A stretch of 63,090 nucleotides of DNA, the filler included, from Kipferlia bialata (lineage: Eukaryota), in NCBI GenBank assembly GCA_003568945.1. It is 5 parts of 5 records of this genome, joined end to end, with 100 filler letters (N's around TTAATTAATTAA, not from the genome) between each part and the next. Parts side by side here need not be neighbours in the genome. Positions count along the whole stretch, not along the records: positions 59,607 to 63,090 come from BDIP01000575.1; 4 more parts are not named here. One strand, given 5' to 3'. Positions within the stretch are counted from its first letter, which is position 1. Every line of letters starts with the position of its first letter. The notes beneath the pieces were generated by a model. The model worked only from the letters and a program-made list of their open reading frames with translations, did not search any database and had not been told where the DNA came from. The translations under genes and the position numbers were made by a program. Shown piece by piece: positions 59,704-63,090 of the stretch.

Positions 59704-60535
59704 CTGAGCCATGAGCCCCTCGAGGTCCTTGATCATCTCCTCCACCCGGGACTGGCCTGACCCACCGGTGGACAGGTCCTGGGGGTGAGGGAGAGAAGGA
59801 GAGAGAGAGAGTTGTGTATATATTTACTTATATACAATGAGAGAGACACACTAAGACAGGGATGAGAAAGGAAAGAGTGTAGGGTGTGTCCCATCTTTGA
59901 GCTATGTGAACCTCAGATACATATATAGTAACATAATAGTGTCAAAATGTGGATGTATATATGAATATACAGTAATGTCTCAATACCTTGAGCTCTGTGA
60001 GCCTCTGCTCGTGTGCATTCATAGTACTACCTATATACATATATATATATATATGTCCATATACACCCTTATACATGTATACCCACATACATATATACAC
60101 ACCTTGAGCTCTGTGAGCCTCTGCTCGTGTGCATTCATAATACTACCCATGTATATAATATATAATGTATATATAGTAATTATATGATACTGATACCTTG
60201 AGCTCTGTGAGTCTCTGCTCGTGTGCATTAATCTCCCTGGACAGCACGTTGCCCTGCTCAATGGCATAGGAGAAGGACACAGAGCCTGGGGGGTAAATGG
60301 TAGGAGAGGGAGAATACTACATGTATATATATATATATGTGCATGTATGTATATATATGACATAGGAGAAAAACACAGAGCCTGGGCTGAGGGGGGAGAC
60401 CTTCATTGAGAGAGAGAGAATCCACCCTGACCAACACAACACTCACATCCACTAAATAGTGGGCTCTATATATATCCACCCACCCTGCTCCCTGACCTCC
60501 TGACTAACGACAAACAGAAACTAATATACAATATG

Positions 60536-60584
<49 letters not shown>

Positions 60585-62687
60585 TATCTATCATACAGTC
60601 AGCCTCACCCTGCTCCCTGACCTCCTCGATGGTGGCAGACAGGGCATCGGTGCGGGAGGTGGCCTGGGGGTGAGACATGCATATATGGAGTGAGACGGGT
60701 ATGTACATCTCCACGCACCTCCTTGAGCGTCTCCTTCATCTCCTCTGCCCCCAGCTTCAGCAGAGCAAGGTCCCTCTCAATGGTCAGAGAGGCAGTAAGG
60801 GACTGAGTCGGCTAGGGTTAGGCATGGGTATACACATAGTGCACATATAGAGAGATAGATAGATACTCTCAATGGTCAGAGAGGCAGTAAGGCACTGAGT
60901 CGGCTGGGGTTAGGCATGAAAATACATAGTGAACATATACATAGATATATATATACTCTCAATGGTCAGAGAGGCAGTCAGAGACTGGGGGGGCTGGGGT
61001 CAGATTATGCGATGGTCTATACACTAACTGCACACATGTATATATACCTTCTCTATGCCGACCCCACTTTGACACATATGATTATATACACGAGCATGAA
61101 TATGTCTGCACTATACAATACACTATACACTGTACTATACAATATATATATATACCCATCCCCCACCTTGTCGATGCCGACCCCGCTCTGGCTGTGCTTC
61201 ATGGACCCCACGTCCTCCTGACAGTCAGGGGGAGGGCATATACATAGAGTGGGCATATGCACAATGAAGATGATTGGCATAGTAGCACATAGAGTGTCAA
61301 TTTCTTCTGCACATAATATATTCATGTTATATGTATAGTATGTGCATATATATCTGTACCTGCAGTGCCAGCAGTCTCTCGTCCACCCCGGGCAGCCTCT
61401 GCACAGCCTGGGCCAGTCGGTCATTGACAGACGTGACTAGGGAGAGGTCGGACTGGGGGTGGGTATATATTAATATATATATATACATAGAGAGTTGAGA
61501 GAGAGAGAGAAAGAAATGTGACTAGGGACAGGTCGGACTGGGGGTGAGGATAGTATATATAGAGAGAGAGAGAGTTGAGAGAGAGAGAGAGAGAGCTGAC
61601 GAGGGACAGGTCGGACTGGGGTTGAGGGTGAGGGGAGATATGGGATGATACGTCCCATATATATAATACACCCATGCTGAACAATGTCCCCGTACCTGGA
61701 GGGCTGTGACGCTCTTGTCCACAGACCCCTCGACATCAGACACCCTAGTGCCCAGGGAGTGCACCTGGGGTCAAGGGTATAGTATATAGTATATATATAT
61801 ATATACACAATTGTATATATATGTGTGTGTTTATAGATGTATATGTACTGATACTGATACTGTGATCAACTATGCATAGACCCATCTATACCCATACCTT
61901 TGCTGCCAGCACTGACACATCGTGGGAGGCAGTGGAGGTGCCTGGGGTTAAAGAAGACAATAACATATAAACACACAGATACTGAAAGATTTATAGTGAC
62001 ATAAAATGGTGTATAGTGACATGGTGATACATAGGGAGGCAGTGGAGGTGTCTAGGGAGGTGCCTAGGGTTAAACAGGACAATTCCATAGATACACAATA
62101 GATATATAGACAATCCTTAATACTACTAAACCATGAGTACAGACCAATGTGCAATAATCAGTGAATACCTGGCGCCTCTGGGAACTCCATGCCAGCCACT
62201 GCACTTGTCCCCCATGCCATCTGTCTGTCTCTGAGGAGGACACGGGTCAGGGCAGAGTCGGACTGGGGGTTAGACATATAATAGAGAGAGAGAGAGAGAG
62301 GAGGAGGACACGGATCAGGGCAGAGTCAGACTGGGGATGAGAGCTTGAATACAAAACGTATAGAGAGAGAGAGAGAGAGAGAGATGGGCCACGGGTTAGG
62401 GCAGGGTGAGACTGGGGTGAGGCAGATGAAAAGAACACAGATTGTTTGACGTACACTCATTTAGATACTCAATATATACGGGTCAGAGATATACCAGGAG
62501 ACATTTACATATATAACATAGGGTACAATCACTAATACATATATATATATCCACACACACACACCTGCAGTATGTGCACCATGTCTGCCTCTGGGTACAC
62601 CCTCATGACATGCACACACATGGTACAGGCAGCAGAGGCCACAGCCCTGTCCCTGTGCATGACCCATGCACCCAGGGAGTGGCAGTC
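59704..62687 (-). CDS. Internal fragment of a multi-exon hypothetical coiled-coil protein
   Basis: Small GT-AG-bounded exons, e.g. DCHSLGAWVMHRDRAVASAAC..., SDLSLVTSVNDRLAQAVQRLPGVDERLLALQ, LTIERDLALLKLGAEEMKETLKE and RVEEMIKDLEGLMAQ. The introns are full of exon-edge echoes. Confidence 0.55.
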
Positions 62688-63090
62688 CTGGGGGGTAAGG
62701 CAAGTACAATATATATTCATACTATACTAAGAGGCTGTATGAGAACACACACCCAGGGAGTGGCAGTCATATGGTAAGAGAGAGGGGAGAGAGAGAGGTA
62801 TACAAGTGATATGTGCATGACCCAGGCACCCAGGGAGTGGCATCATTTATACATACATACATATATATATATAGGAATGTAAAGCAACAGACTAGAAGTA
62901 TGACCCACACACCCATAGAGTGGCAGTCCTGGGGTAAGTGGGAATACATATTAATATTTATACACGTGATATGTATATGTGTATATGTAGTAACAGAGAA
63001 GGATGTAAGACACAGGCACCCAGGGAGTGGCAGTCCTGGGTGAGGGGGGGGGGGGGATTTATGGTACACTATCTACGTATATTGTGTGAA

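Noticed and set aside
18175..63069. Numerous short ORFs rich in YIYI, SLSL or ERER in the ORF track
   Set aside because: They are translations of intronic microsatellites or antisense shadows of real exons.
1..63090. tRNA, rRNA, snRNA or SECIS elements; transposase or reverse transcriptase ORFs
   Set aside because: None was recognisable by eye. A covariance-model scan would be needed to exclude small RNAs.

Overview
This is intron-rich eukaryotic DNA in five pieces (1-17741, 17842-35578, 35679-53406, 53507-59506, 59607-63090) joined by artificial 100-bp N44-TTAATTAATTAA-N44 spacers, so adjacency across spacers is not meaningful. It uses the standard genetic code and GT-AG introns with a branch-like motif just before the AG, and has dense (TA)n/(CT)n microsatellites. 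Gene content (G6PD::6PGL fusion, membrane-anchored PDE-like protein) suggests a metamonad/fornicate protist, resembling Kipferlia; this is inference. Genes spliced by hand: an RI-type LRR protein, a TM-anchored catalytically degenerate class I phosphodiesterase, NBP35, an intronless polycystin-1/REJ-GPS-like receptor, a GNPTAB-like Stealth phosphotransferase, G6PD-6PGL, the queuosine salvage enzyme QNG1 (DUF2419), a Rho/Rac GTPase, an orphan 7TM protein, kelch-like propeller ORFs and several partial genes. The most striking unexplained structure is 'exon-edge echoes': many introns carry tandem partial copies of the neighbouring exon edge with its splice site. Donor copies lie downstream of the exon and acceptor copies upstream. 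Many copies differ from the real exon almost only at synonymous positions. One intron (QNG1) is bounded by a 19-bp direct repeat of coding sequence, as expected for intron gain by duplication. Allelic mis-assembly is the main alternative explanation and needs long reads. Exon structures are by eye, without RNA data.
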